This document shows positions 26,578 to 43,963 of a DNA stretch of 64,000 nucleotides, piece after piece. The stretch is from assembly GCF_009914755.1 (NCBI RefSeq), contig NC_060932.1; one strand, 5' to 3'. Under the pieces are notes generated by a model. It ran no database searches. It saw only the letters and a program-made list of their open reading frames with translations, and had not been told where the DNA came from. The translations under genes were made by a program, and so were the position numbers. Source of the DNA: the human T2T-CHM13v2.0 reference genome, Homo sapiens. Numbering within the stretch: the stretch's first letter is position 1; each line of letters opens with the position of its first letter.

Positions 26578-27486
26578 GTATAGCAATTTATAATGTTTGA
26601 ATTATCATTAGCTTATTGGCGTGTAATAATACTTTGCATACTTTTAAAATTCTGGGGTTGGATTAATAATAAAAGAGTAGAAACATTGTTTTTATAAAAA
26701 AAATTTTCTGTGCGACACCTATAGGCAAGTACCTATGGGCCTCCTTTTAATTTTGGACTGTTTTAGGAATGTTTTATTTTATTTTTGGTATCTTAGGAAC
26801 CATAAGAAGCATACTTTCAAAAATGTGAGGGTATATTTTTAACTTTTGTTATAAAAATGTAACAAAAAGTTTATATGGTGAAGAATTTAGTGGGTTTGCA
26901 TATGCTGATGACCATTGTGACTTTCATAAAACCCCACAGCCTGTGTTTAATTCCATTTCCTACTAGTACAGACTTGAAGAGCTCAGTCCATCTCCTTTAT
27001 TATCTTGTTTCCTTTAATCTATATTAATGCACCTTAGCAGTATCAGAAATTTTGTTAATATATTATGTGTAGCTGAACTGTAAGCTAAAAATAGATCATA
27101 CCAACCCATCTCTCTTTCTCTTTCTTTTTTTTCCCACTGTCACCTTCACATTTATTCTTAGTGACTTGCAAATGATGGGATTACACCTTAAAAATTGTCT
27201 TGTATCAGATATGTATTTCCCCATTCTCTAAAGAAGGCTAATTATGCAAGTACACGGTTCTTTCCTGATTCATGAATTCATATCACGATTTTATTTTCAG
27301 ATTCCTCAAGGTAATTGCTTGTTAGACTGGTTCACAGGATGAGAGATATCCAAGTAGTCATATGAACCGTTTCCGTCCCATTCATGCCATTCTGTCTTCT
27401 GCAGAAAATAAGTGAGTCAATCACTGTTTATGAGAATGTGTAAGAGACTGGGGAGAGAGAAGGGACTCAGTGGCCATTTTGTATCA

Positions 27487-27831
<345 letters not shown>

Positions 27832-28840
27832 AGTGATCCTTGCTAAGTTGCCATAGATCCCTGTTCTAGGTTCCCATTCAGCGTCAGAGTTTTATCGTCT
27901 GATAAAACAGGGATCAGTTAGAGAGCTTTTCGCAGGCAAAATGACACTGATTTTACTGAACCAATGGTAAAGAGAAGTGCTCCTAGGTTCCCAGGCCCTG
28001 TTCTTCTGTATTCTTCCTGCTTAGAAAAAGAGAATAATAAAAGCACTTCAGCTAGGAGTAGAGCTTTCTAAAAATTGGCCAGCCAAATCCCCAGGGAAAC
28101 CAGGATTTCAGCTTCTCTGTCATCACCTCTGTTTGAGGTTGGCATGCTTTGGCACTTTTTCCGTGGCTGCACTGTCAGGAGAGTAGGCCAAGCCGCCTGA
28201 ACAAGGAGAGGTGTGGAGGACAGTCATTCTGTAGCTGCAGTAATCCCTGCCCTAGTTTTTCTGCCTTCCTGAGAGAAATAATAGACACCACTTGTTTTAC
28301 ATCAACCAGGCTTCTGACCTTTTTGGACTATGAAAATTAAATTCTTCTAAGACACTAAGTGTTAAATTTGGGACCCAAAAATAGTTGGACTAAGTGGCTG
28401 CCTGGTTTAATAGTGGCAACTCAGTTCAGATAATAATTACTAGAAATTTCAAAGAAGTTATAGGAGCCTCACCTTGAGTAGACTAGGATTTGACAGTTGA
28501 GTGATATACAATTGTACTTAACAGCCATTTTCTAAAATGAAGTTTTCTGGACAGTAATTCATGTCAAGTGTCATCTGTTGCTTTTCTATGTGATTCCACT
28601 TCACCAGGGCTGTCCTGGGAGGGGTCCTTGGTTGTGTTTAGCTTTCATCGAGTTAGGGTAGTAACTCCTAGTCTCCTTCCTCTCCATCCTCTGTACCTTG
28701 TGTCTCTTTTCCCATTTCTGATTTTTGTATCCAGGAGTTTCTGATTTTTGCCTTTTGAGTTTTGTTTCTTAAACTAAGTGGAGCTAGGTTTTTATGGGGA
28801 AATAATTTCTCAGCCTGTCATCTTGACAGTGAAACATTTC

Positions 28841-29172
<332 letters not shown>

Positions 29173-29907
29173 TAATCTAGGTGGAAACTAGATACCCTTT
29201 CTAGTAACTAATATGTGGTTCATACCTAAAGCCAAAAGAAATCTCAAGTAATTTTTTGGATGAGACAATTTCGGCACCATGTTATATAACTTTATGATAT
29301 CATCTTATCTGAGTCCTCTCTCTCTCCCTCTCTCCTTCCCTTTCCTTTTTTCCCTAGTGCCTGTAGGTGTGAGTTTAAAGATAAAATGACTGCCAAGTGA
29401 CCCCAAGTTCAAGGACTTTTATCCTGGCATGCAACTGGAAAATTCAGTTTACATGATACATTTCAAAAGTGTCTGGTGGGTAGCTGGTACAAATGATAGG
29501 AAGAGAGTAGCTAATTTTATGCTCATTGTGGTTCTGTAAGATGATGTAAATATATGAGGATTTTAGGAGAAATAAAAAGTGATCTCACTGAAACAGTTAT
29601 TTGTAGATTGCATTTTGACTTGTCTGAAACACATCAAGGTTAACATAAGAATATTTAGGATATGAATTTGGTCCAAGGAACATTAAAAATATTTTTACTT
29701 GGTGATTCTGATAGGAAGACATTGTTTCTACTAATGTGGGAGGGTGGGCAAAGAGGAGGAGGAGTCGGGCAGGGCCATTTTGTTGCTTGGTGTGAATGGC
29801 ATCCTTGAATCGTGCAGTGGGCGGCCCTCATGGCCAGTAGCAGCAGATTTGGTTGAGCATAGGGGCAGAAAATGGCTTTGTTTTTTTAACTTACCCTTCT
29901 GTGTTTA

Positions 29908-30404
29908 TGTTACCAGAACACCAGAGATTTGGTTTAGGTCCTGCTGCTTGCCGCACAGAAAGCCAATCACTGCTGAGACAAGTGTTGCCAGGGAAGAAGG
30001 CTTTAATCGGGTACTGCAGCCATGGAGATGGGAGCTCAGTCTCAAATCCATCTCCCTGACCAACTAAAATTGGGGGCTTATATAGTGGGAAGGCAATGTA
30101 ACTACATGCCGGTAAACAGGAATTAGGAAGGTATAAGGAAGAGGAGTTGGTCAACAGGAAGCTGGTGGTCACTGAGGCAGCCATAATGGGTGAAGGGTCT
30201 GGTGTCTCCTTGTCCAAATGCAGTGATCTGGTGAGTTTCAGCTCCTTGATATCTGGGAGCCCTGATGGTTGGTTTTCTGAGAAAGGAATTCAGATAAAAC
30301 AAATGCAACTTTCTTAAGTTTTAAGACAGGGTGGGTCAATTTCTAAGCTCATTAGAAACTGCATATTAATAGATTAGTTCTGTGAGATGATGGGGTGGGT
30401 TTCA
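29908..30404 (-). mobile_element. Solo ERV1 LTR, LOR1-like
   Basis: TG...CA termini (TGTTACC...TTTCA) and a 4-bp TSD-like ttta/gtta. The minus strand carries TATATAA (30078-30084) and ATTAAA (30002-30007). Body resembles LOR1a. Confidence 0.8.
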
Positions 30405-30879
30405 GTTACAGGTAAGGGCCAGACTCTTAGTGAAAACAGGCCATGGTCTGGGTTAAGGACCAGTATGTTAGGGAAATGATTCTCTGAGGAAGTCCAAATA
30501 GGTAGGAATCAGATGGTCAAAACAGAGGTTAGAAACATTTTAATGATATGGTCTGGAAAAATCTAAGGACTAGAGACCACGGGTGCAAGGGGTTATGGCC
30601 AGTGGAACAAGAAAAGATCATACGTGGTAATAAATATAGGTAACAGTCCATTCTGGATGAGGTCAACTGGGCAGGAATTCTTTATGCTCCATCTAGGCAG
30701 GAAATACATGGAGGCCTTTGAAGTCCCACTGGCATGTGTGCAAGGAGCCACTGTTAATTTACACAGGAAAAAGGAATGGAGGGAGTAACAGCATCAGTTT
30801 GAGGTCCTGTGATATATCCATTGGGGGTGAATTGTCCCACAGTTATTAAATTATTTAAAAATCAGTACTGTATTCTAAG

Positions 30880-32585
30880 TTACACTGCCTGATTTCAGTG
30901 CTTACTTTCCGGCTATAGTAATTAAGACAGTGTAGTATTGGCGTAAGTATAAACAGATAGATTGATGGAACAGAATAGACCCACACATACATGCCCAATT
31001 GATTATGGACAAAGGTACAAATATAATTCAGTGAGGAAAGAATATTTTCAAGTGGTGCCAAAACAATCAGATAATTGTATTAATAAAAATGAACCTTGAG
31101 TCATTCCTTGTACTATATACACAAATTAACTTGAAATGGGTAATCGATCTAAATGTAAGTGCTAAAAATATACAGTCTTACCAAGGAAGCATAGGAGAAA
31201 CTCTTAGTGACCTTCAGACGGGCAAAGATTTTTACTGTTAAATAGACTATGTTTTAGAGAAGTTTTAGGTTCACAGCAAAATTGCACAGAAGGCATGAGA
31301 TTGCCCATCTGTTCCCTGTCCCCACACATGCGCAGCCTCCTCCATTAGTAGCATCCCCAACCACAGTGGGACTGGTTACAATCGATGAACCTACATTGAC
31401 ACAACATTGTCACACGAAGTCCAGTAGTTCACACTAGGTAGGGTTCACTCTTAGTGTTCTATGAGTTTGGACAAATGTGTAATTAGATGTATCCACCGTT
31501 ATAGTATCATACGGAAGAGTTTTACTGCCCTAAAATTCCTCTGAGCTCTGCCTGTTCATCACCTCCACCCCCTAACAGCAGACATTTTTTCTTTTTAGCA
31601 TAGAAACTAAATAATTTTTTAGTTTAAGAAATTTTTTTAACTTAATCTAAATTTAAAACTTTGGGTCTTCAAAAGATCTGTTAAGATGAAGAGACAATCT
31701 ATAGTCTAGGAGAAAATATTTGAAAAATATATATCTGATTAAAAAAAAAAAACCTCTTATAGCTGAGACAACCCAGTTAAACATGAGTAACATATTTTGA
31801 ATAGAGATTTTCCAAAATATGATACATGAATAGCAGGTAAGTATAAGATGTCAACATCATTAATCATTAGAGAAATGTAAATTAAACCACTAGGAGATAC
31901 TAGTGCATGTTCCCTAGAGTGGCTAAGATGAAAAAGACTGACCATACCAAATGTTGACGAGGAGCTGTGACAACTGGAGCTTTCCTACGCTGCTCTTGGG
32001 AGTGGAAAATGATACAGCATTTGGGGAAACAGTTTGCTAGTTTCATATAAAGTTAAACACATGTTTACTAGCTAACTCAGCAATTTCATTCTGAGTTAAT
32101 TCACCCAAGGGAAATGAAAATACATTTTAAAAAGATACACAAATGTTCATAACAGCTTTTTCCACAATTGCCACATACTGGAAACAACTTGTCTGGTGCA
32201 CAGATAAACACATTGTGGTATGCGACATAGCAAGGAAAAGAGATGAACTACTGATAAAGCGACATGGATGACTCTCAAAAGCATTATGCTGAGTGAAAGA
32301 AGCCAGTCGAGTACATATTGTATGACTCCATTTATATGAAGTTCTAGAAAAGGCAAAACTGATACACTGTCAGAAAGCAGGTCTGGGGCCGGTGGTATGG
32401 GGAAGGGATTTACTGCAGAGGGGTACAAGAGAACCTTTTTGTGGTGACGGGAATATTCTACCTCATGACTGTAGTGGAGGTTACGAGACTATATCTGTCA
32501 AAATGCATCAAGTTCTACGTTTAAAATTGGTGAATTTTATTACACGTAAAATGCCTTTATTATATCTTGTTAATTTAAAAAATAA
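30880..32585 (+). mobile_element. Old L1M (ORF2 3' end and 3' UTR), decayed
   Basis: gtaattaagacagtgtagtattggc...gatggaacagaataga; tcaacatcattaatcattagagaaatg; atgactccatttatatgaagttctagaaaaggcaaaact. Confidence 0.85.
31241..31580 (-). mobile_element. L1MC-type 3' fragment nested antisense inside the older L1
   Basis: agttttaggttcacagcaaaattg...; same family as 5103-5480. Confidence 0.75.
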
Positions 32586-32756
32586 GTTTTGATTATACGA
32601 TTTCCTTAGATGTCCTGAAACATGCTGTTTTCACACTAATTTGGTATATACCTTGTGATTATATCCTTTGTATATGAATATTGTGGTAAGTGGAACATTG
32701 TTGTTGGAGATATATCCAGATTTTCTACCTTAGTTTGTGTGATTGATTATATTCTG

Positions 32757-32836
32757 TTAGACTGAACCACATGAAATTGTTGATATCCAATCATTCTTGA
32801 CCTACAAAAGCAGCAATTTCACGTGGCATAAGTATA
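32757..32836. mobile_element. MADE2 mariner MITE
   Basis: ~80-bp imperfect palindrome ttagactgaaccacatgaaattg...cagcaatttcacgtgg. Confidence 0.7.
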
Positions 32837-34251
32837 GTAGAAATTTTGTTTGCTTTTTAATTCATTGGAAAGACTTGGCAATGGTCACATCTCGATTGTG
32901 AAGTTTCAAGGATTTTGTAAGACACAAGGCCTGAGTGTTCTGTTTTACATTACATGTTTTATTTTGCTTTAATTCAGTTCGGTAGATGTTTTATATATGT
33001 CTACCACTTTTCAGGCATTCTACTTGAAATTACAGTGGATGAATGTAAAGATGAGTTTGATATTACCTCAGCCCAAGAAACGTTAAGTGATGAAATTAAA
33101 AGGCACGTGTAGACTTTCTGTCATAATCGCTAATAGGGACTGTGAAATAGAACTCCCAGTTCTTGTCATGTCCATTGCAGTGATTATAATAAGGTATTTG
33201 GGCTTTCATAGTGATGAAATAAGTGGTTGTGGGTTTGTATACGTATGTATACATAAATATGTATGCGTATGAGCCCAGAAGAAATGGAAACGAGACCAAT
33301 GATTTAATTTGCATGAAAATTAGAACTGTCTGCCAAGAGCAAACATCTCTCTCACCCTTTTTCAAGAGAAAAAAAGGTCTTGTAGTTTGGCATGACTCAG
33401 TGGATGACCTCACACTGATTCTCCTTTAGTTATTGCTTGAATGCGTGGAGCCCTCAGTCCTAAGTGAGGCGGTCTGGGTGATGTTATGGCATTTCATTTG
33501 GGAAAGCGGCTGTCACTTCATCCTTAAGCCTCCTGTTTGCTGTGATGGTGGCAGAGCCACTCTCAGCACCACAGGAAGAGCCCCGGGGAATTCCTGAAGA
33601 CACATTCTAGAGAATCCGGTACAAGTGTATGTAGGTTGGTCACCTTGATGCCTTATTTTCTCAGGCTTCTAGTAGAGATGCATGCCAGCAAAATGGAAAG
33701 GAACAGAGGGCGTTCTTGAAGTTTCCTAACTGGCGTATTTTCTCCTTCTCTTTTTCTAATAATTAAGTACAGGGGACTGAGAAGGCAGGGGTTGTTGTTA
33801 TTTTTACATGGAATGGACCTAACCTAGCAGTCAGATGAGATTGTTGACGCGTAGCACAGTCTGTTATCTTTGGGCATCTGCCACCAAAGAGAGTGTACCC
33901 AAGAAGGGCTGTCGTGTGAGTGGGATGGGTTTCCATCTTTTGTTCTGTGCTCTTTCTGTGGAATCTCAGGCCTGCGTGTGCTCCCTCTGACCGTACCTTG
34001 ACTCTTGATGAAGGATTTGCAGCCCTGAGAGGGAGCAGGCAGACCCAAATTAATTATTTCCATTTTTTTTGTGGCACTGTGGGACAATGGGAGAGAATAC
34101 AGGCTTTGGAGCCAGCCAAATGTGTTTCAGATCCTAAATCCTCCACCTAAGGTATGCAGTCCTGATGGGTAAGTTATTTTAATTTGTTTGAACTGCCACT
34201 TAACTGAAAATGGGATTAATACCAGATATCACTTAAAATTAGTAAAAAATA

Positions 34252-34688
34252 CAGTTGACCCTTGAACAATGCAGGCATTGGGGGCACCGACCCCCCATTC
34301 AGTTGAACATCTAACTTTTGACTTTGCAGAATTTAACTACTAATAGCCTACTGTTGACTGGAAGTCTTACTGATAGCATTAACAGTCAATAGCACATATT
34401 TTGTACATTATAGATATTAGATACTATATTCTTACAATATAGTAAACTAGAGCAAAGAAAATGTTACTGAGAAAACCGTAAGGAAGAGGAAATATATTTA
34501 CTGTTCCTTAAATGGAAGTAAATCATCGGTGAAGGTCTTCATCCTTGTCATGTTAAAATTGAGTAGACTGAGGAGGAGGAAGAAGAGGAGGGGTTGGTCT
34601 TGCTGTCTCAGGCATGGTAGGGGTGGAAGAAAACTGTCATATAAGTAGACCAGCACAGTTCACACCCGTGTTGTTAAACGATCAACTG
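34252..34688. mobile_element. Tigger2a (MER28), full length, inserted at a MIR
   Basis: TIRs CAGTTGACCCTTGAACAA...TTGTTAAACGATCAACTG with TA duplications on both sides; MIR sequence at ~34090-34250. Confidence 0.88.
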
Positions 34689-34777
34689 TATTTTATTAAG
34701 CTGTCTTTGAATAGCACCAAGTATCTTAGTGTATGAGAAGGCCTCTGAGAAGTTCCACAGTTAGGAAACATGGTGAA

Positions 34778-35074
<297 letters not shown>

Positions 35075-35325
35075 TGAGCTTTGTTTAACCAAGCATTTTT
35101 CAAACTTATTGACTGAAGAATCTTTATGTGTGTGTGTATGTGTGTGCATATGTAAGAAGTAACATCCGCTGGAGCTGGTATTGTGCAGAAAATATGTTGA
35201 GAAATATAAAACAGATATCTGGCTTGTGTTCCTCTATATAGTCTTTTTTGACTGAGAATGCTTTATCCTTGTTGTTACGGATATTTTCACTTTGTTTATT
35301 TCTATTTTGGTCTGAATCATGAGTG

Positions 35326-35516
35326 TAGTTGATCCTTGAACAACATAGATTTGAACTGCTTGGGTCCACCTCGACGCCACCTGTGCATACGGAGGGCTGG
35401 CTCATCTCATATGCAGGTCCCGAGGGCCAACTTCAGGACTTTATGCATAGATTTTGGTGTGCTGGGGATGGGGGCCCTAGAACCCAACCCCCCATATATA
35501 TACCGAGGGAGGACTG
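35326..35516. mobile_element. MER8 (Tigger-family MITE) with internal deletion
   Basis: agttgatccttgaacaacatagatttgaactgc...taccgagggaggactg. Confidence 0.8.
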
Positions 35517-36325
35517 TCTATTTTTGTTTTTTACCTGTGAGGCCATCGCCACAATGAAGAGAGTATCCCCCAAAAGGCATATTTTTAATATAGTTGTAAT
35601 TATAGCATTGCATAATCGTTTTCAGTAACATAGGTCTCATCTGTTGCTCTAGGTCTTAGTAAAATAAATCACTCTTGTTGAACCCTTCCTAGGCTCCAAA
35701 ACTGGATGGGCCATTTAATATAATTTTAAATATTAAATTTAAATTTTCTTTCATTTATTAGAATTTTCAAAGGGTAATAATGTTATATATTTAGATTTTG
35801 ATGACATGGAGACATCTGAGACTTGCTTAGTTTTAAAAAAGCAAAATTTATGTCATACAGCTCTTGTAAGGACTGAATAAAATAATGCATATAAAAATGC
35901 CTAAGACAATGCTTGGCATGTAGTGGGCACTTACTAAACAATTTCCTTCCTTCCCTTGCTGGCTTCTTAACTACTCCCTGCCTTGTATACCCCCTGTGCT
36001 CCGTCCCAATTTCTGTTCAGATACTAGACAGATGGCTGTTGCTTTGGGATAGGTCAAAGGCTGTCAGGCGTGGAGGCAGGCAAATGACCCAGATCAGTGA
36101 ACACCAGTCATTGTCTCAGAGCATTTTGTTTTGTTCAGCTCAGCTATTTGAATCATCTTGGATTTTCTCATTTGTTTAGAAAAAGGTTTCCCCAAAATTG
36201 GTGGTGTTGGGTTCCTGATAGCAAAATGTATCAACAAGTGGGCAGTCAGCATATGGAATTTGCCCAACTCTACAGGGAAACTTGCTTTAGGTATTTTAAA
36301 AGTTAACTTGTCAATGTCACTGTAG

Positions 36326-36665
<340 letters not shown>

Positions 36666-37127
36666 GAACTCATTTTTAATTAGAATTCTTATTATTTCAG
36701 TGGCTGAATGGAGGAAAAAAGAAAGGACCTAAGCCCAGAAAATTCACAGGTTTGTTTCAGGGTAGAAAAATTTGGCATATTTTGGCCTGGAAGATATCTC
36801 ATTATGGAATCAGAAATCTGAAAGGGATATTAAATTAGGAGCAAACTTGTGCTGTGTTGGTTAACCACTGAAAGTTGCATTGGCAGTTTAGTAACTAAAC
36901 AATAGGGCCACACGCGGAATTTATTGATGTCTCATGAACTTTCTGTTTAAATCTTTATTGCTTTGAATTGATAGGCTTCTTTTTTCCCTTCCACTTTGCT
37001 TAAGGGACTGAATCTGTTTTTGGCATTCTAAGACTCTTTTTAGAATTTGGCAGTGCCTCTCTAGGATGTTTTCTTCTGCACTGCCTCCAAAACAAAATTA
37101 TGAACAGCCTGGCTCTTTCGGTATCTC

Positions 37128-37159
<32 letters not shown>

Positions 37160-38228
37160 CACTTTCCTGATGTGAAAGTGTCAGGTTTTGAGCCAGTTTG
37201 AAAGATGAGAACTAGAATATATTTCTCTTTCTGATCTAGAGAATCCTAGTGGCTTCTAGGGCAGTGTATAAACAAAGCCCTGTGGCTGCAAGGTTTCCCG
37301 TGTGCAGCAATAAACTGATACATGCCGGTGACAGGAATCTGGCTCATGGGCTTGAAACCATCCATTAACTCATTAATTGACCAGACATCATGGGGGTCTG
37401 CTGAGTGCCATGGGGATGCTCTGTGCTGGGAAAGATGCAAAGATGAATAGGCTAGGAATAAAAGACCAATTTCATTTTTTAATGTGTCAGTATTTTTAAT
37501 ATTGAAATGTAGGACCTTGCAAGTAAAATACTATTAAGCTAATTTCCCAATTTAGAGTCTTTGAATTATTGTCTTGGATATTAAATATATTCAGTGTTTC
37601 CCACCAGTGGATCCCAAAGCCTCACCTGATATGTTTGGCAATTGTCAGGCCCTCTTTTTTATACTCCAGAGGAATTCCAACAGGAAATATGTACACACCA
37701 TCCCTTACCTCCCTTGCTTCTTTTCTTTTCTGCGTCCTACTTTGTTTGATCTTGAAATACGGGGAAGTATCTTCTGGGCAAGTGCTGTTTCTGTGCCAGG
37801 CTGTGCAGGTCATGCTTGCCCCAGTGCCATGAGAAAGACACTCGAGTGAGCTCGGGACAGATCTCTCCAGCACTGTCCTGGCTTGACCCCACCTGACCAG
37901 TGACTCTTGTACCATGCCCAGCTCCTTTGGCTGCTGGAGCAAAAAGATCTAGGGAGTTTGTTTTCCAAATAAGGGCCCCAGATCTTACTTTCAGAGCTGT
38001 GCATGTGAGGAGTTCATGGGGAATCCCTCATCTCAGCAGACATGGGGAAGACCGTCTTCTAAACTGTAGTTCTGAAACAGGTAAACATTCAGTCCCCGCT
38101 CGCTTTCAAAGCACAAAAGTGAGGAGGCTTATTTGGCATTGAAATAACTGAGCATCTTTTCTCATCTGTGTTTCTGAATCTGTTATGGCCAGTGTTTTAT
38201 AACCCCCTTCACATTACCTTGTCAGTAA

Positions 38229-38576
<348 letters not shown>

Positions 38577-38829
38577 TAGCGAGTTCATGAATCAGGATTA
38601 AAGAATCTGTGGGATATATAGAATGATAGAATAAATTCTATAATGTCCATTTTCATTGTGCAGGATGGAGACATTAGTGTGCATCTCAGTTAGGATTTAA
38701 TTGCTCCTTCCCTGTGTTCTTGAAAGCGCTTGGAAAGCGCCTCCAATCCTCCATCGTATGATTCTAGTTCAGGTCTGGCTCTTTCACCAGACAATGAGCT
38801 CCTGTGGTAAGATGCCATGTCTTAATTCA

Positions 38830-39355
<526 letters not shown>

Positions 39356-39425
39356 TCACGTAAGCAACGAATAATTTTTAGTGTAAATATGTTCCATGTG
39401 ATGTTCTGATTTAGTCATAATACAT

Positions 39426-40024
<599 letters not shown>

Positions 40025-40287
40025 GTATATTTTTGTTTTGTAAATTGGGCAACCTTATACAATGCCCATGACTTACAAAGGATTTTTTGCTCCTAAATCA
40101 GTGTAATTTAATAATGTGAACACAACTAAGACAAATCAAGGTGTTCATGGAGTTGGTTGGTGTCTTTTATGGAATGCAACATGGGAATTGGAAATAGTAA
40201 TTATCCACCTTCACCAGTGTGTTAGTGAGTATGGACCATTTAACCTACAACAGTTGGATAACCTTGACAATAGAAATAGGTAGCTAA

Positions 40288-40626
<339 letters not shown>

Positions 40627-41624
40627 CTAGCAATCTAAGTTGTGTGTGGTTTTTTTTTTTTTTTTTTTTTTTTAAGAATGAGCAGACACCTTGTGCGATT
40701 GTCCAGGTTAACTAACAAAAATAGTTGTCTGGGTTTATGGAACTGTAATTACGAGTCAGATCCTGGTTCCCTTCCGCTTTCTCTGCTATTTCTGGTTGCT
40801 CCTTTTTATTCCCAAAAGGTAGAAAGGGGCAGGTAGGACAGGAGCTTGCCGCCTGTTGAACTAGAGGGAGTAGCTTCCGAGCAAACTGTGACAAAATGGG
40901 GTATTTTAAGCCTCCATTTTTTTTGGGGGGTATGTGAGTGTGTGTGTGAGTCGGTGTATATGTACACAGTGCAAGTAAATAAGCCTGAGTGGGTGGCAAG
41001 AGCCTTGTTTGTGTAGTAGGAGAAATGGAGCCTGCAGGGGCATAGTCGGGGTCTTGAGAGCAGACACACGGACTGAGCCAGGCAGTTGCTGCTGAGAACA
41101 GAATCAGGACCTCCTGCTTCCTTTGGGTGATATTGGGTTTTTTAGGCCACCTTCCCAGCCACAAAGTAGGACTCTGAAATACATCCGGGTATAAATGTTC
41201 TTATGGAAATGCAATCACTTCTGACTTTAAGTATGTAGAAGTGAGGGCTCATACCCTTCTCCCAGAATGTAAATTTGACTCATCGGGGCTAACAACAATG
41301 ATAGCCTAATATAAGAAACTGTTTACCGGACTCTGTTCTGATGTCAGCCAAGCTAGAGCTTTGCATGGTGGGATGCTTTCTCTTGGCTGTGCCCTATTAG
41401 GGAAGGCAAAAATAGAAAGCTTTTTCTCTGGACTTCAGAACGGAATTAATGCATGGTTATTAAAAGCATCAATGGCAAATGGCCATGGAAGTCAGAATCT
41501 CAGCCTTAATGAAGGGCGATGGTGTCCACAGAACCAATTATTTTGCAAAGAAATAAAATAATAAAATCCTCCCATTGGTTTTAGAGTGGCTGAAACCAGC
41601 AGGCACCAGGTCTAAACCCTCTTG

Positions 41625-41943
<319 letters not shown>

Positions 41944-43305
41944 CATTGTGGTATGTTTTAAGTACTCACGCTAATGACATTTATACCTTGCTTGGCACTC
42001 CTGAAACCTCAGCTCTCTGGAGGACAGAATATCTGCTAAGGGTGCGACTCCCATGGTGCTGGAGAGGGGTCTCCTTCGAATGGAAGCCGGCATTCCACCA
42101 CCCACTCCCTATGTATCCAAAACTGGGCTTGGCATCGCTGTTCCTGAGGGAGCGCTCTGTCCTTATTAGGGATCCGCCTGGTGACCTCAGATTTACACTT
42201 AAGCTTCAACTTTGTTGAGGGAAAACATTTTTTCTCTGTCACCAAGAGAATGGAGAACACTGTGATCGCTTTTCAAGTCTCACCTGCCAGGAAATCTTTA
42301 TTTTGCGGGGGGCATCACAACTTCCTCTTTTTCCATGTACCTTAGTTTACTATTACTTTAAGTGTTTTGGTTGGATTAACTTCCTGTATTTGTTCTTATT
42401 TTAAATACATTCTTTAGTTAAAGTGTTACTCAGTGAATGGAAAGAGAAAAACAAGGCAAGAGGAAGGGGTATAATATGAAAGAATAGAGTTTTGTTTCCA
42501 GTTTTGTTTTGCAACAGTAGATAAGAACTGTAAACTTTCTAGTCCCTGGTTTTTTAATAGTATATGGAAACACGATTTTGTTGTACTACATGGTAGGATG
42601 AATTTAATTAAGCTGCCAAGCAAACTTGTTGATTTAGATAACAACTCCACACGTAGAGTTTGAAGAGCCTGTTTTGTGGTATCTAGACCTCACTTTTAAG
42701 AGTATTTCCCTGAACCTGTCCATGCATTTCTGAGACGTTTGTGTGCTGACTGTTTGTTTTATGTTTGTGCAAAGCCTAGTGTCCTACTGACTTGTAGGGA
42801 CTCATTGAAATGGCAGAAACTGTGTGCATTTTAAGTGCTGGAGGAATGCTAAATATTAATATTTGGGATCAACCACAAAATATAGTTTCTATTTATAAGA
42901 CACCCAAGACTAAATAAACTGTAGGACAAATGAAGTGTGCACATTCTTTTTGGTAACATTCAGCATCCTGAAAACCACCAAGGGTTAGGAAAAAGAGAAA
43001 AATGTATTTTTCATCTTCTGTAATTCATCTAGCCTTGGGATTTTCTCCTAACCTCTTGAGGCACGCTTATATACGTGACCCTATGTAAGACTTTTGGGTG
43101 ATAAAGTCGAGGAGATTCACTAAGGAGGAACAGAGCAGGTGTAGTGCCCAGGGTGGTAAAACCACAGATGGAGCTATGGGGTGAATATGGAACCTGCTAG
43201 CTGGAGATGGGGAAAGAGAAGAGATCGCTGAGATTACGTGAGTGTTGAAGGGTTAGATGAATTGGTGTGTAGCGGGTGCTGACCTGATCTTTCTGGGTGT
43301 TCTGA

Positions 43306-43580
43306 TTTTTTTTTTTTTTTTTTTTTTTGAGACGGAGTTTCACTCCTGTTGCCCAGGCACGATCGCCACTCACTGTAACCTTCGCCTCCTGGATTCAAGC
43401 GATTCTCCTGCTTCAGCCTCCTGATTATAGGTGTGCGCCACCAAGCGAGGCTAATTTTGGGGTTTTTAGTAGAGACAGGGTTTTGCCATGTTGGCCAGGC
43501 TGGTCTCCTGACCTTAGTGATCCACCTGGCTTGGCCTCCCAAAGTGCTGAAATTACAGGCGTGAGCTACCGCACCCGACC
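43306..43580 (-). mobile_element. AluS with internal deletions
   Basis: TSD CTGGGTGTTCTGATTTT on both sides. Confidence 0.9.
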
Positions 43581-43903
43581 CTGGGTGTTCTGATTTTATA
43601 TTTACTAATAAACTCTGTGGCTTTGGACATTTCAGAGGCTCTGGTTCTATCTCCTAATCTTTAAAATGAGAAGCTGGATGAAATGATCTCTAAAGTCTGT
43701 TCCAATTTAAAAATTCTGTCGTTTGCTAGGAAAATATTAGCACCACAGTCTATCTCTCTAATATGGGAAGTTTTTTCAGATTGGGTATCAGTGCTATTAA
43801 ACATTTAATAAAAAGTGGGAAATTATTAGTGTGTATTGTCACAGACATGTTAAGCTATTTGCATTTTAATGAATGAAAGAGAACTTTAACTGTTAACATT
43901 TAC

Positions 43904-43963
43904 CAAGGGGTGTAGCTGAGAGTTAATAGTTTACAAGGGGTGTAGGTGAGAGTTAATGGTTTA
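43904..43963 (+). repeat. 30-bp tandem duplication (2 copies)
   Basis: caaggggtgtagctgagagttaatagttta and caaggggtgtaggtgagagttaatggttta. Confidence 0.9.

Noticed and set aside
30405-30417. ttacAG|GTAAGG as a recursive splice site
   Set aside because: The donor is good but the upstream sequence is G-rich with no pyrimidine tract; at most a cryptic donor.
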